Positions 17,780-26,438 of a DNA stretch of 64,000 nt are shown here, piece by piece. A program made the translations under genes and the position numbers. The notes below the pieces were generated by a model, which was not told where the DNA came from, ran no database searches, and saw nothing but the letters and a program-made list of their open reading frames with translations. Source of the DNA: an uncultured candidatus Brocadiaceae bacterium (GTDB taxonomy: Bacteria > Planctomycetota > UBA1135 > UBA2386); NCBI GenBank assembly GCA_964543795.1, contig CAZIZN010000006.1, positions 143,619-207,618 of the forward strand, given 5' to 3'. Within the stretch, counting starts at the first letter, position 1. Each line of letters begins with the position of its first letter.

Positions 17780-19480
17780 GTGAACGTCGACCTCGCTGCC
17801 GAACTGCGCCGCCTCTACGGCTTCCCCGGCTTCCGCGCCCTGCAGCGCCCCGTCGTGGAGCATTTCCCGGGCGGCGGAAGCGCGCTCGTGCTGATGGCCA
17901 CGGGCGAAGGCAAGTCGCTGTGCTACCAGCTGCCGGCGTTCGTCGGCGACGGGCTCACGGTGGTCGTCTCGCCGTTGATCGCGCTCATGGACGACCAGGT
18001 GGCCGCCCTCGTCGCGCGCGGCCTGCCGGCGACGTGCGTGCACAGCATGCAGGAGCGCGGCGAGCGCGAACGGCGGCTCGCGGCGGCGCTGCGCGGTGCG
18101 GTGAAGCTGCTCTACGTGACGCCCGAACGCTTCCGCGTGCCGGGCTTCCTCGACGGCTTGCGCAGCGCTGGCGTGGCGCGGCTCGCCGTCGACGAAGCGC
18201 ATTGCGTGAGCCACTGGGGCCACGACTTCCGCCCGGACTATCTGCGGCTCGGCGAGGTCCGCGCGGCGCTCGGCGACCCGCCGTGCCTGGCGTTGACCGC
18301 GACCGCGACGCCCGAGGTGCAGGCGGACATCCGCGCCGTGCTGCGCATCGAGGGCGCGCCGCGTTTCTGCACGGGCATCGCCCGCGACAACCTGTTCCTG
18401 TCGGTGCACGCGTGCGACGACGATCCCCAGAAGCTGGCGCGTCTGCGCGCCGTGCTCGAGCGCACGGGCGGCCCGGCGATCGTCTATTGTGCGCTGATCA
18501 AGGATCTGTTGCGGCTCGAGGGCGAACTGCAGCGCGGCGGCCTGCGGCCGCTCGTCTACCACGGCGACCTCTCGGCGCACGAGCGGCGTGCGCAGCAGGA
18601 GCGGTTCCAGGCCAGCGACGACGCGCTGATCCTCGCCACGAACGCGTTCGGCATGGGTGTCGACAAGGCGGACATCCGTGCGATCGTGCACTGGCAGATC
18701 CCGCGCACGCTCGAGGCCTATTACCAGGAGGTCGGCCGCGCGGGGCGCGACGGGCTGGGTTCGTTCTGCGAGCTGCTCTACCGCGAGGAGGACCTCGTCA
18801 TCCAGCGCGACTTCACGGAGTGGGCGAATCCGGGTGCTGGCTTCGCGCGCGAGGTGGTCGACCACCTCGAGGGGCTGGGCGATCGCCTGCACACGCTCGA
18901 TCCCGAGACGCTGCGCGCGACGTTCCTGCACAAGAACCGCCACGACGGGCGCATCGACACGGTGCTGCGGCTGCTGCGCAGCGGCGGCTGCGTCGAAGGC
19001 GAACTCGGCCGCGGCATGACGTTCGTGCGGGCGCCGAGCGACGCGGAACTCGCCGAATGGCTGCCCGAGGAGAAGCGCAAACGCGACCTCATGGGGCTCC
19101 TGCGCATGGTGCGCTACGCGACCGAGGCGGGGTGCCGCAAGCAGGCGATCCATTCGCACTTCGGCTTCGACGACATCGAGGACGGCTGCGGGGCGTGCGA
19201 CGTGTGTGTGGATGCCGCGGCGTGGCAGGAGACGCACCTGCCGCCGGTGCGGCCCGTGCCGCGCGGTGCGGCGGCGGACGGTGGTGCGGCGGGCGACGGT
19301 GGCGGCGCGGCGCCCGTGCAGCGCGGCGACTGGATCGACGTGCATGGACTGGGCCTCTGCTGCGTCGTGCGCGTGCACCGGCGCGGCAAGGGCTGGAAGG
19401 CCGACGTCGAAGTCGCGCGGAACCTGCAGCAGCGCTCGGTCGACCTCGGCCGCGCGCGGTGGTCGAAGGTCGAGCAGTGA
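17780..19480 (+). CDS. recQ: RecQ-family DNA helicase
   Basis: The GTG at 17780 is in frame with the track ORF. Motifs LMATGEGKSLCYQLP, DEAHCVSHWGHDFRPDY, ATNAFGMGVDKADIR, YYQEVGRAGRDG. Confidence 0.85.
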   Translation: MNVDLAAELRRLYGFPGFRALQRPVVEHFPGGGSALVLMATGEGKSLCYQLPAFVGDGLTVVVSPLIALMDDQVAALVARGLPATCVHSMQERGERERRLAAALRGAVKLLYVTPERFRVPGFLDGLRSAGVARLAVDEAHCVSHWGHDFRPDYLRLGEVRAALGDPPCLALTATATPEVQADIRAVLRIEGAPRFCTGIARDNLFLSVHACDDDPQKLARLRAVLERTGGPAIVYCALIKDLLRLEGELQRGGLRPLVYHGDLSAHERRAQQERFQASDDALILATNAFGMGVDKADIRAIVHWQIPRTLEAYYQEVGRAGRDGLGSFCELLYREEDLVIQRDFTEWANPGAGFAREVVDHLEGLGDRLHTLDPETLRATFLHKNRHDGRIDTVLRLLRSGGCVEGELGRGMTFVRAPSDAELAEWLPEEKRKRDLMGLLRMVRYATEAGCRKQAIHSHFGFDDIEDGCGACDVCVDAAAWQETHLPPVRPVPRGAAADGGAAGDGGGAAPVQRGDWIDVHGLGLCCVVRVHRRGKGWKADVEVARNLQQRSVDLGRARWSKVEQ

Positions 19481-19491
19481 AGCCGTAGCCG

Positions 19492-19681
19492 GAAAATAGC
19501 TGCGTACCGAACCAGGTTCGTTCCACCGCGATTCTCCCCCACCGGCAGCCGCCGATACCGCCTCGCGGACGCAGGCGGCGGCGAATTGCGGCACGGCATC
19601 GTGCGGATTGCGGCGAACGCGGGCCGCAGCGGCGGCGAGAATGCCGGTGGAACGAACCAGGTTCGGTACGCAGCTATTTTC
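19492..19681. repeat. 190-bp inverted-repeat element (MITE-like / long hairpin) made of two 45-nt repeat units
   Basis: 19492-19536 reads GAAAATAGCTGCGTACCGAACCAGGTTCGTTCCACCGCGATTCTC. It matches the reverse complement of 19637-19681 at 41 of 45 positions. The element fills the gap between convergent recQ (stop 19480) and the gene ending at 19680. Confidence 0.8.
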
Positions 19682-21998
19682 AGCGGACGGCGATCTGCAC
19701 GCCGCGGCTGGCGCGCAAAGTGCCGGGTGCGGCGCCCTCGCTGACGATCTGCGCGTAGAGGTCGAGCGGCGGCAGGCCTTCGGGCAGCGGCACGCGCAGG
19801 CCGGCGTAGCCGGCACTGTTGGCGAGGACGAGCCAGGTACCGAGCAGGTGCTGCGGGGCGAGGTCGATGCGCAGCGTGCAGCCGCCGCCGACGCCGAAGT
19901 TGGCGAACGGCACGTTCGCCGACGCGAACGACAGGCCGACGATCGCCCACTGGCCCGGCAGCAGGCCGGGCTGCCCGACGGTCGGGAACTCGTTGCCGAT
20001 GCGGAAGTCGTGGTAGAGGCGCGGCGAGGCGACGCCGCAGTTGGGGCCGTATTCGAGCGGCGCGGGCAGCGCGGGGTGCTCGCGCACGATGCCGGTGCAG
20101 GTCCAGGTCACGGCACCGAGCAGGCTCGTCGTGTGGTCGTAGAGCACGGCGAAGCGGTCGGTCTGCGGGGTGTAGGCGACCAGCACGTCCTGGGCGACGT
20201 GCGTGCCCGCGCCGGTCGGGCCCGGCAGGTCGTGTTGGGCGACGGTGGCGCCGCGGTAGCCGAGCAGGTGCACCTGTGCCGCGCCGCCCGAGCGGGTACC
20301 GACGAGCCAGTGCGAGGAGTTCGTGGTGCTGACCGCGACGGCATCGGCCGAGAGGCTGCGGCCCGCCGAGGTGCGCACGAGCTGCACGGGCCACGGCGCG
20401 CTCGGGCCGTTCGTCGCGGACCAGTCGATGCGGCGGCATTCGATCGCGGTGCCGGCCGCCGACGTCAGGGGACCGGGGTAGGTCGCGGTGGGCGCGGTCG
20501 CGAATGTGACGAGGTAGCGGCCGAAGCTGCCGTCGAGGCGCGGGCGCATCGCGTGCCGGCTCGGATTGGCGAGGCCGATCGACCAGCCCTGGCTGCCGAC
20601 CTGTCCCGTGTAGTCGACGCGGCGTAGTCCGACGTCGTGGCGCGCGAACGTGGTGCTCCAGTACTGGAAGCCGACGATCCAGCCTTCGTAGTCGCCGCGA
20701 ATGTTCTTCGTGACCGTGGGCTCGGTGAAGCCCGTGGCGAACTGGTTCGGCGTCGCGATCGCGAACGTGCCCGACTGGTTGTGCGTGGTGGTGCCGAACA
20801 GCGAACCGACGATCTGCGTCTGGCCGTTCGCCGTGCGCGTGCGCACGATCAGCGCCTGCGCGGGGCTCGACGTGAAGACCTTGCTGGCGGCCGCGCGCGG
20901 GCGGCGTTCGCGGACGCCGCCGGTCGTCGTCAGCAGCAGGGGGTTCGCCAGGCTGCCGGTCGCGCTGCTGGCACTGTAGGAGCGCGCGAAGCACTGGTCG
21001 ACGGTCGCGCCGAGCCTCGCCCAGGCCAGCGTCATCGTGTCGTCGATCCAGCTGCCGGCGACCGTGGGTTCGACGGAGTTGGCGTTCGCGGCGAGTTCGC
21101 TGCCGAACAGCACGGCCCCGGAGAAGTCCGACGCGGCGCGGAACACGTAGACGTCGCTGTCCGCAGCGCTCGCGGACCGGGTCCAGACGATGCCGAGCGC
21201 GGTGCCCGGCGTCGCACCGTTCGTCGCGTCGACTTCGAAGTCGCCGAAGGCCAGCGACGAGCCGGCGACGATGCCGAGCGGCTGCAGGAGCGGATCGACG
21301 AGCAGCGGCCAGGACGCCGTGGCGACGAAGTCGGCGGGCACGTGCAGCGTGATCGCCTCGCCGTCGAAGGACGACGGCACGGGGCAGCTGCGGCCGGCCG
21401 CGTCGAACACGGTGGCAGCACCGTAGACGAGTTCGTAGTCCCCGACCGGGCTGCGGAAGTGCAGCGGCGCCACGGCCGCCGCGCGCGGAGCGGCGACGAG
21501 CGGGGTCGCGATCGCGCCGCGGATGCACAGTTCGCCTGCGGGAAGAGCGTCGGGCGCGTCGATGCGGAAACGCTGCTCGGCGCAGGCAGCGTGCAGGTCC
21601 CAGATCTCGGTGACCCAGCCGCGGCAGCGGCGGAACTGGCGCTCGTCGAACGACTCGACGGCTTCGCCGCCGGCGCGCAGATCCCGTTCGCCGAGCGTCG
21701 CCGACACCGTGCGCCACTGCCAGGGCAGCGAGCGCGGCGCCGCCGCACCGAGGTAGGGCACGAGCACGAAGGCGCCGTCGCGGAAGCCGATCTTGAAGTG
21801 GTCGCCGGCACCCCAGACGCCGAGCCGGCCGGCCTGCGGATCGGCCCCTTCGTCGTGCAGCGGCACGCCGCCGGCCAGCGCGGCGGCGAACACGCGCGGT
21901 GCCGCGTCGGCGATGGCATCGGGGGTCTGGGAGGCCGCGAACGTGGCCAGGGCAGCGGCGGCGAACGGTGCCAGGAGTCGGCGCGAGTAGGTCTTCAT
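19680..21998 (-). CDS. 772-aa secreted protein of unknown function with the shared C-terminal domain
   Basis: ATG at 21998 (an alternative is 22004), signal peptide MKTYSRRLLAPFAAAALATFAASQ. I recognise no N-terminal domain. The C-terminus GPNCGV...GGGCTLRIDL...GVQIAVR belongs to the shared family. Confidence 0.75.
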   Translation of the reverse strand: MKTYSRRLLAPFAAAALATFAASQTPDAIADAAPRVFAAALAGGVPLHDEGADPQAGRLGVWGAGDHFKIGFRDGAFVLVPYLGAAAPRSLPWQWRTVSATLGERDLRAGGEAVESFDERQFRRCRGWVTEIWDLHAACAEQRFRIDAPDALPAGELCIRGAIATPLVAAPRAAAVAPLHFRSPVGDYELVYGAATVFDAAGRSCPVPSSFDGEAITLHVPADFVATASWPLLVDPLLQPLGIVAGSSLAFGDFEVDATNGATPGTALGIVWTRSASAADSDVYVFRAASDFSGAVLFGSELAANANSVEPTVAGSWIDDTMTLAWARLGATVDQCFARSYSASSATGSLANPLLLTTTGGVRERRPRAAASKVFTSSPAQALIVRTRTANGQTQIVGSLFGTTTHNQSGTFAIATPNQFATGFTEPTVTKNIRGDYEGWIVGFQYWSTTFARHDVGLRRVDYTGQVGSQGWSIGLANPSRHAMRPRLDGSFGRYLVTFATAPTATYPGPLTSAAGTAIECRRIDWSATNGPSAPWPVQLVRTSAGRSLSADAVAVSTTNSSHWLVGTRSGGAAQVHLLGYRGATVAQHDLPGPTGAGTHVAQDVLVAYTPQTDRFAVLYDHTTSLLGAVTWTCTGIVREHPALPAPLEYGPNCGVASPRLYHDFRIGNEFPTVGQPGLLPGQWAIVGLSFASANVPFANFGVGGGCTLRIDLAPQHLLGTWLVLANSAGYAGLRVPLPEGLPPLDLYAQIVSEGAAPGTLRASRGVQIAVR

Positions 21999-22067
21999 GG
22001 GCATGCGGGATACGGGACTGCTCCGCAGGAAGACCGCGGCGGAGGTGGTGTGACGCGCGCAGCGAGG

Positions 22068-22112
22068 GAGAATGGTGGTGGAATGAACCTGGTTCGGTAC
22101 ACAGCTATTTTC
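22068..22112 (-). repeat. solo copy of the 45-nt repeat unit
   Basis: The reverse complement reads GAAAATAGCTGTGTACCGAACCAGGTTCATTCCACCACCATTCTC. It lies in the divergent intergenic region and overlaps the ATG at 22083. Confidence 0.75.
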
Positions 22113-23549
22113 GTGCTCCTGATGGTCGCGCTGCGGGGGCAGGTGCAGCCGGATCGCTTCGATTCGGGCTGGATCGACCATGTCGGTGCGCTGCCCGCGG
22201 TGGTCGCGACGCACACGGCGCAGGTGCCGAACGCGCGCTGGTTGCGCGTGCGCCTGGGCGACTGCCACCTGCCGGCCGGTTCGCTGCTGCGGCTCGAGGG
22301 CCTGCGCGACCAGGCCGTGCAGTTCTTCGCCGCGGGGAGCCTCGCCGACTACCAGTTCACGTCGGCTTTCTTCAACGGCGACCGCGTGCGCATCGACCTC
22401 GTCGCGGCGCCCGGATCGAAGGGCAATCGCCTCGCCGTGTCGAGCCTGCTCTACGAGGGCGGCGGCGGCGAGGACGTCGGCATCTGCGGCCCCGTCGACA
22501 CGCGCGTGCTGAGCCAGGACCCGCGCGTGGGCCGGCTCGGCGGCTGCTGCACGATGTTCCTCGTCAACGAGTTCGCGCTCGCGACCGCGGGCCACTGCCT
22601 GTCGGGCACCGCCGGCATCGTGTCGTTCGAGGTGCCGCTCTCGGATGCGAACGGCAACCCGCAGTATCCGCCGCCCGAACACCAGTACGCGTTCGCGCAG
22701 GGGTCGGCGACCTCGGTCAACGGCGGGCTCGGCAACGACTGGTGCGTGGTCGGCGCGGTGCGCAACTCGAACACGGGCCTCTATCCGGGCCAGGCGCAGG
22801 GCTGGTTCCCGTGGGGTGCGCCGCCGGCCTTCGCGGGCCAGACGGTCGCGGTGACCGGTTACGGCAGCCACGCGAATCCGACCTGGAGCCTCGCGCAGAA
22901 GACCCACTCGGGACCACGGACCGGCGCGTCGACGGCGGTACTCGAATTCTCGGTGCACGTGAGCGGCTGCAACTCGGGCTCGCCGGTGATCGACCTCGGC
23001 GCGCAGCGCGCGATCGGCATCACGACGCACGCCGGCTGCACGGCGACGGGCGGCTCGAACTACGGCACGGGCTTCGGCCTCACCGCGCTGCGCACGGCGC
23101 TCGCGAACCTCGTGATGAGCCGCGTCGCAGGCAGTGCCACCGCCTTCGGTCAGGGCTGCGGCGGCGCCTTCGGCACGCCGGCACTCGGCTTCGCCGGTAT
23201 CCCCGACGTCGGCCAGGCGCTGACGATCGAGGTCGCGGGACTGAACCCCACCACGAGCGAGTTCGGCACGCTCGTGTTCGGCTTCTCGAGCACCGCGTGG
23301 AGCGGCGGCAGCCTGCCGGCACCGCTCGCCCCCTACGGCCTGGTCGGCTGCACGCTCTACACGAGCAGCGACGCGGCGGTGTTCCTGCCCACGAACTTCG
23401 GCAGCACGAGCTACGTGCAGCAGCTGCCGAACCACCCGTCGTTCGTGGCGATGCCGATCCACTGCCAGTACTTCGCGCTCGACGCGTCGGCGCAGAATCC
23501 GGTCGGCGGCGTGGCCAGCAACGCGGGCCGCATCCGCATCGGCAACTAA
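22083..23549 (+). CDS. secreted trypsin/chymotrypsin-fold serine protease with the shared C-terminal domain
   Basis: Catalytic-triad context: ATAGHC (His), NDWCVV (Asp), GCNSGSPV (Ser). Leader MNLVRYTAIFVLLMVALRGQ. The C-terminus has GQGCGGAFGTP...LVGCTLYTS...SNAGRIRIGN. Confidence 0.75.
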   Translation: MNLVRYTAIFVLLMVALRGQVQPDRFDSGWIDHVGALPAVVATHTAQVPNARWLRVRLGDCHLPAGSLLRLEGLRDQAVQFFAAGSLADYQFTSAFFNGDRVRIDLVAAPGSKGNRLAVSSLLYEGGGGEDVGICGPVDTRVLSQDPRVGRLGGCCTMFLVNEFALATAGHCLSGTAGIVSFEVPLSDANGNPQYPPPEHQYAFAQGSATSVNGGLGNDWCVVGAVRNSNTGLYPGQAQGWFPWGAPPAFAGQTVAVTGYGSHANPTWSLAQKTHSGPRTGASTAVLEFSVHVSGCNSGSPVIDLGAQRAIGITTHAGCTATGGSNYGTGFGLTALRTALANLVMSRVAGSATAFGQGCGGAFGTPALGFAGIPDVGQALTIEVAGLNPTTSEFGTLVFGFSSTAWSGGSLPAPLAPYGLVGCTLYTSSDAAVFLPTNFGSTSYVQQLPNHPSFVAMPIHCQYFALDASAQNPVGGVASNAGRIRIGN

Positions 23550-23929
23550 CTCCGTGCGTCGTCGCGCGAGAGCGGCTCGATGCCGGGACACAGCCGCCGT
23601 GCTGCGCGCAACCGCTCGGGATCGCGCAGTTCGGGCCAGAACGGCCAGTCGCGGCAGCGCTGCGGCCGCACCGCGTAGATGCCGCAGGTGGCCTCGCGGC
23701 CGTCCTGCAGGAACACGCAGCGGTTGGCGAAGCCGTCGACGAGCCTCGTGCCGTCGGGGTGCACGAAGCGGCTCTTGAAACCCGCCTCGTCCATGCCGAG
23801 GTGCGCGGCGATCGCCGCCACGTCGGCGGCGGTGACCTGCACGATGCCGCCGGGCACAGCGCAGCAGTTGCCCGAGCGGCGGCAGGCGAAGCGGAAGCCG
23901 TAGCCAGGCTGCTCCTGCATCGGACTCAC
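23546..23929 (-). CDS. YkgJ-family cysteine-cluster protein (UPF0153)
   Basis: 127 aa with the CRRSGNCC cluster and later C..C residues. GTGA overlap with the upstream SGNH gene's stop. Confidence 0.6.
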   Translation of the reverse strand: MSPMQEQPGYGFRFACRRSGNCCAVPGGIVQVTAADVAAIAAHLGMDEAGFKSRFVHPDGTRLVDGFANRCVFLQDGREATCGIYAVRPQRCRDWPFWPELRDPERLRAARRLCPGIEPLSRDDARS

Positions 23930-25119
23930 CGCCAGAGACGTTTCGCGAGTTCCCGCGCGACCGCGCCGTTGCCAGCCTCGCTGAGATGACCCGAGGGCAA
24001 GTAGAGACCCTGTGCCGCGTGGTCCACGAAGGCGGGAGAGAGGTCGATGACCTGCGCACCCGAAGTTCCGAGCCGGGCCACCATCGGCATGGCCCGATCA
24101 CCACCCGGATACTCCGCGAGATGCTCGCGCTGCGGGATGAGCACGATCCAGGGATCGGCACCGCTGGCACGGACCGCCTCTGCGAACGCGCGCGCAATCG
24201 CCGTCGAGATCATCACTGCCTCCGCATCCTCATCCAGGACCGACCGGCGGTGCAGTTCCCGGTTCGCCAGCTTGCGCCGCAAGGAGGTCGCGAGGCGCAG
24301 GGTCCGCCACGGGTGCCACCAGGCCGATTCCAGGTCGCCCGGCTGGTACCAGCGATCGGCCGCAAGGAGGTCCGCGGGAAGCGACCGACTGCGCAGTTGC
24401 TCGAGCAGGGTGCGGCGAGCCCCCCCTCCCTCGACCCCCCGCACCTGCAGTCCGCCTTCACCGTCGACGACCATACGCGGCTTCTGCAGGTAGTCCCCGC
24501 CACCGGTCAGCAGGAACCGATAGACGTTCAGACACCGACCGATGTCCTCGGGCCAGATGCACAACAAGGCATGTGTCGTCTCCAGTCGTCCAAGTTCGCG
24601 TTTGCAGCGCAGGTATGCCTGGTCCATGCCGTACCCCGGCACTCCGAAGTTGACGACCTCGAACCCGGGCACAGCCGCTTCGAGTTGGAACTGCCATGTG
24701 CCCGACAGACCAACTTCGTCGCCGTGCGTGAACGAATCGCCGAAGGTCAGCAGGCGCACCTTGCCCGGTGGAACGACGCGATCGTAGACCCGATCCGGCG
24801 CACTGCGCGCTCCCTGCGCATTGCTCGCGACATCCACACCAACGCCGTTGGGAGCAATCACCCAGCCGAGTTCCGCGTCCTCCGCGAAGTATCGCCCTGC
24901 GGTCTGCGTCGGCAACGAGGCGAGCAGTCGGTCGATCTCGTCTGCAGCGGGAATCAGCGGCAGGAGCGGGATCCCGAGCACGCTGGTCCGACCGTCACTC
25001 GACCGCGAGAGACCGCGCACCGCACCCTCCACGGTCAGGAGGCCGACGACCAACGCCACCAACGAGAGCTTCGCGCGTCGCCACCGGGTGTGCCGAGTTC
25101 CTGTTCGGGATCCAGACAT
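23926..25119 (-). CDS. membrane-anchored SGNH/GDSL-family hydrolase
   Basis: I prefer the ATG at 25119 (MSGSRTGTRHTRWRRAKLSLVALVVGLL, N-terminal TM) to the TTG at 25245. Block I is LLTFGDSFTHGD. It is a paralog of 29178-30260. Confidence 0.65.
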   Translation of the reverse strand: MSGSRTGTRHTRWRRAKLSLVALVVGLLTVEGAVRGLSRSSDGRTSVLGIPLLPLIPAADEIDRLLASLPTQTAGRYFAEDAELGWVIAPNGVGVDVASNAQGARSAPDRVYDRVVPPGKVRLLTFGDSFTHGDEVGLSGTWQFQLEAAVPGFEVVNFGVPGYGMDQAYLRCKRELGRLETTHALLCIWPEDIGRCLNVYRFLLTGGGDYLQKPRMVVDGEGGLQVRGVEGGGARRTLLEQLRSRSLPADLLAADRWYQPGDLESAWWHPWRTLRLATSLRRKLANRELHRRSVLDEDAEAVMISTAIARAFAEAVRASGADPWIVLIPQREHLAEYPGGDRAMPMVARLGTSGAQVIDLSPAFVDHAAQGLYLPSGHLSEAGNGAVARELAKRLWR

Positions 25120-25272
25120 GATCGTCGTCGAGGGAGCCGGGATCGGAGGTCCTATGAACCGGCGGACGAGGCCTCCGTGCGGAGACTGCGCGGACACTCG
25201 TTCACGATCCGGGCGGACCATCGCCGAAGCCGCCGGTCCGGTCAATGGCTGGCCGTCTCGCTCGACGGGCGC

Positions 25273-26355
25273 TCACCGCCGCCGGCGCCGCAAACGGTGG
25301 TCGAACATCGAACCGCGGCGCGCGCCGCCCGACCGCGGCGCCCGGTCCTGCTGCGCGCGTTCCTCGAGTTCGCGCTGGTGGCGCCGCTGCGCCAGGAACG
25401 CCTCGATCTCGCACTGCAGCTGCTTTGGGTCCTGGAAGCGGATCTCGCGCTCCTTGGCCATCATCTTCTCGAGGAAGTAGTGCAGCTGCGGCGACAGCGC
25501 GAGCGCGCGGATGCGCTCGCCGGACAGCGACTCCAGCACCTGCTTGGCGAGCACTTCCTCGCTGGTCTTGCCCTCGAACGGCAAGGAACCCGTGACGAGG
25601 TGGTAGAGCGTGGCGCCGAGCGCGTAGATGTCGGCGCGCACGTCGATGCCGCCGCCGCGCGCCTGCTCCGGGGCGATGTAGTGCACGGTGCCCGCGGTCG
25701 TGTCGCCGGCCCCGGCCTCGTCGCTGCGCACGGCGAAGCCGAGGTCGATCAGCACGGCGCCGCGTTCGACCGACCACAGGATGTTGCCGGGCTTGACGTC
25801 GCGGTGCACGAGCCCGCGCGCGTGCAGCGCGTCGAGCGCAGAGGCCACCTCGACGACGATGGCCAGCGCCGACTCCTCGTCGAGCCGGCCCTGCTCGGCG
25901 AGCAGGTCCTGCAGGCACTGGCCGGGCACGAGTTCCATCGCGAAGAAGATCGTCTCGCCCTCCTTGGCGACGCGCAGGCCCTTGACCAGGTGCGGGTGGT
26001 CGAGCTGCATGAGCAGTTTCGCTTCGCGCACGAACGGCTCCGTCTTCGCGGGGTCGCGCGCCAGTTCGGGCCGCAGCACCTTGAGGGCCAGCCGCCGGCC
26101 GTCGGTGCGATCGACCGCCTCGAAGACGCGACCGACGGCGCCTTCGCCGAGCAGCCGGCCGAGTTCGTAGCGGGTCAGCGCGGGTCTGCCGCCGGCTTCG
26201 GTCCGCTGCCAGAGCTGCCACTGCTCCTTCGTGCACAGACCGTTGCGGACCAGGAAGGCGCACGCATCGCCGGACGCCAGCGCGGCATGTGCGGAGCCCG
26301 CGGGCAACAGCCCGCGGTGGACCAACATCGCCAGCAGCTTGGTGTCGGGGATCAC
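25273..26355 (-). CDS. Ser/Thr protein kinase
   Basis: Hanks motifs GEGAVGRV, ALKVL, HRDVKPGNIL, DLGFA, YIAPEQ. The start is uncertain (GTG at 26355 or ATG at 26328). Confidence 0.85.
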   Translation of the reverse strand: MIPDTKLLAMLVHRGLLPAGSAHAALASGDACAFLVRNGLCTKEQWQLWQRTEAGGRPALTRYELGRLLGEGAVGRVFEAVDRTDGRRLALKVLRPELARDPAKTEPFVREAKLLMQLDHPHLVKGLRVAKEGETIFFAMELVPGQCLQDLLAEQGRLDEESALAIVVEVASALDALHARGLVHRDVKPGNILWSVERGAVLIDLGFAVRSDEAGAGDTTAGTVHYIAPEQARGGGIDVRADIYALGATLYHLVTGSLPFEGKTSEEVLAKQVLESLSGERIRALALSPQLHYFLEKMMAKEREIRFQDPKQLQCEIEAFLAQRRHQRELEERAQQDRAPRSGGARRGSMFDHRLRRRRR

Positions 26356-26438
26356 GTGGATGGAAAGCGTTGTAGCAGCAGAGACTTCGAAGGTTCTGGC
26401 GAGCCGCCGTCAAGTCGCGATGGCAGCGCACCCGAAAG

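Noticed and set aside
19492-19536. The GGTTCGTTCCACCACCA-like part of the repeat unit as a tRNA 3-prime fragment or integration att site.
   Set aside because: No T-stem pairing or acceptor stem can be drawn around it. No integrase is nearby. The resemblance is limited to GGTTCG.
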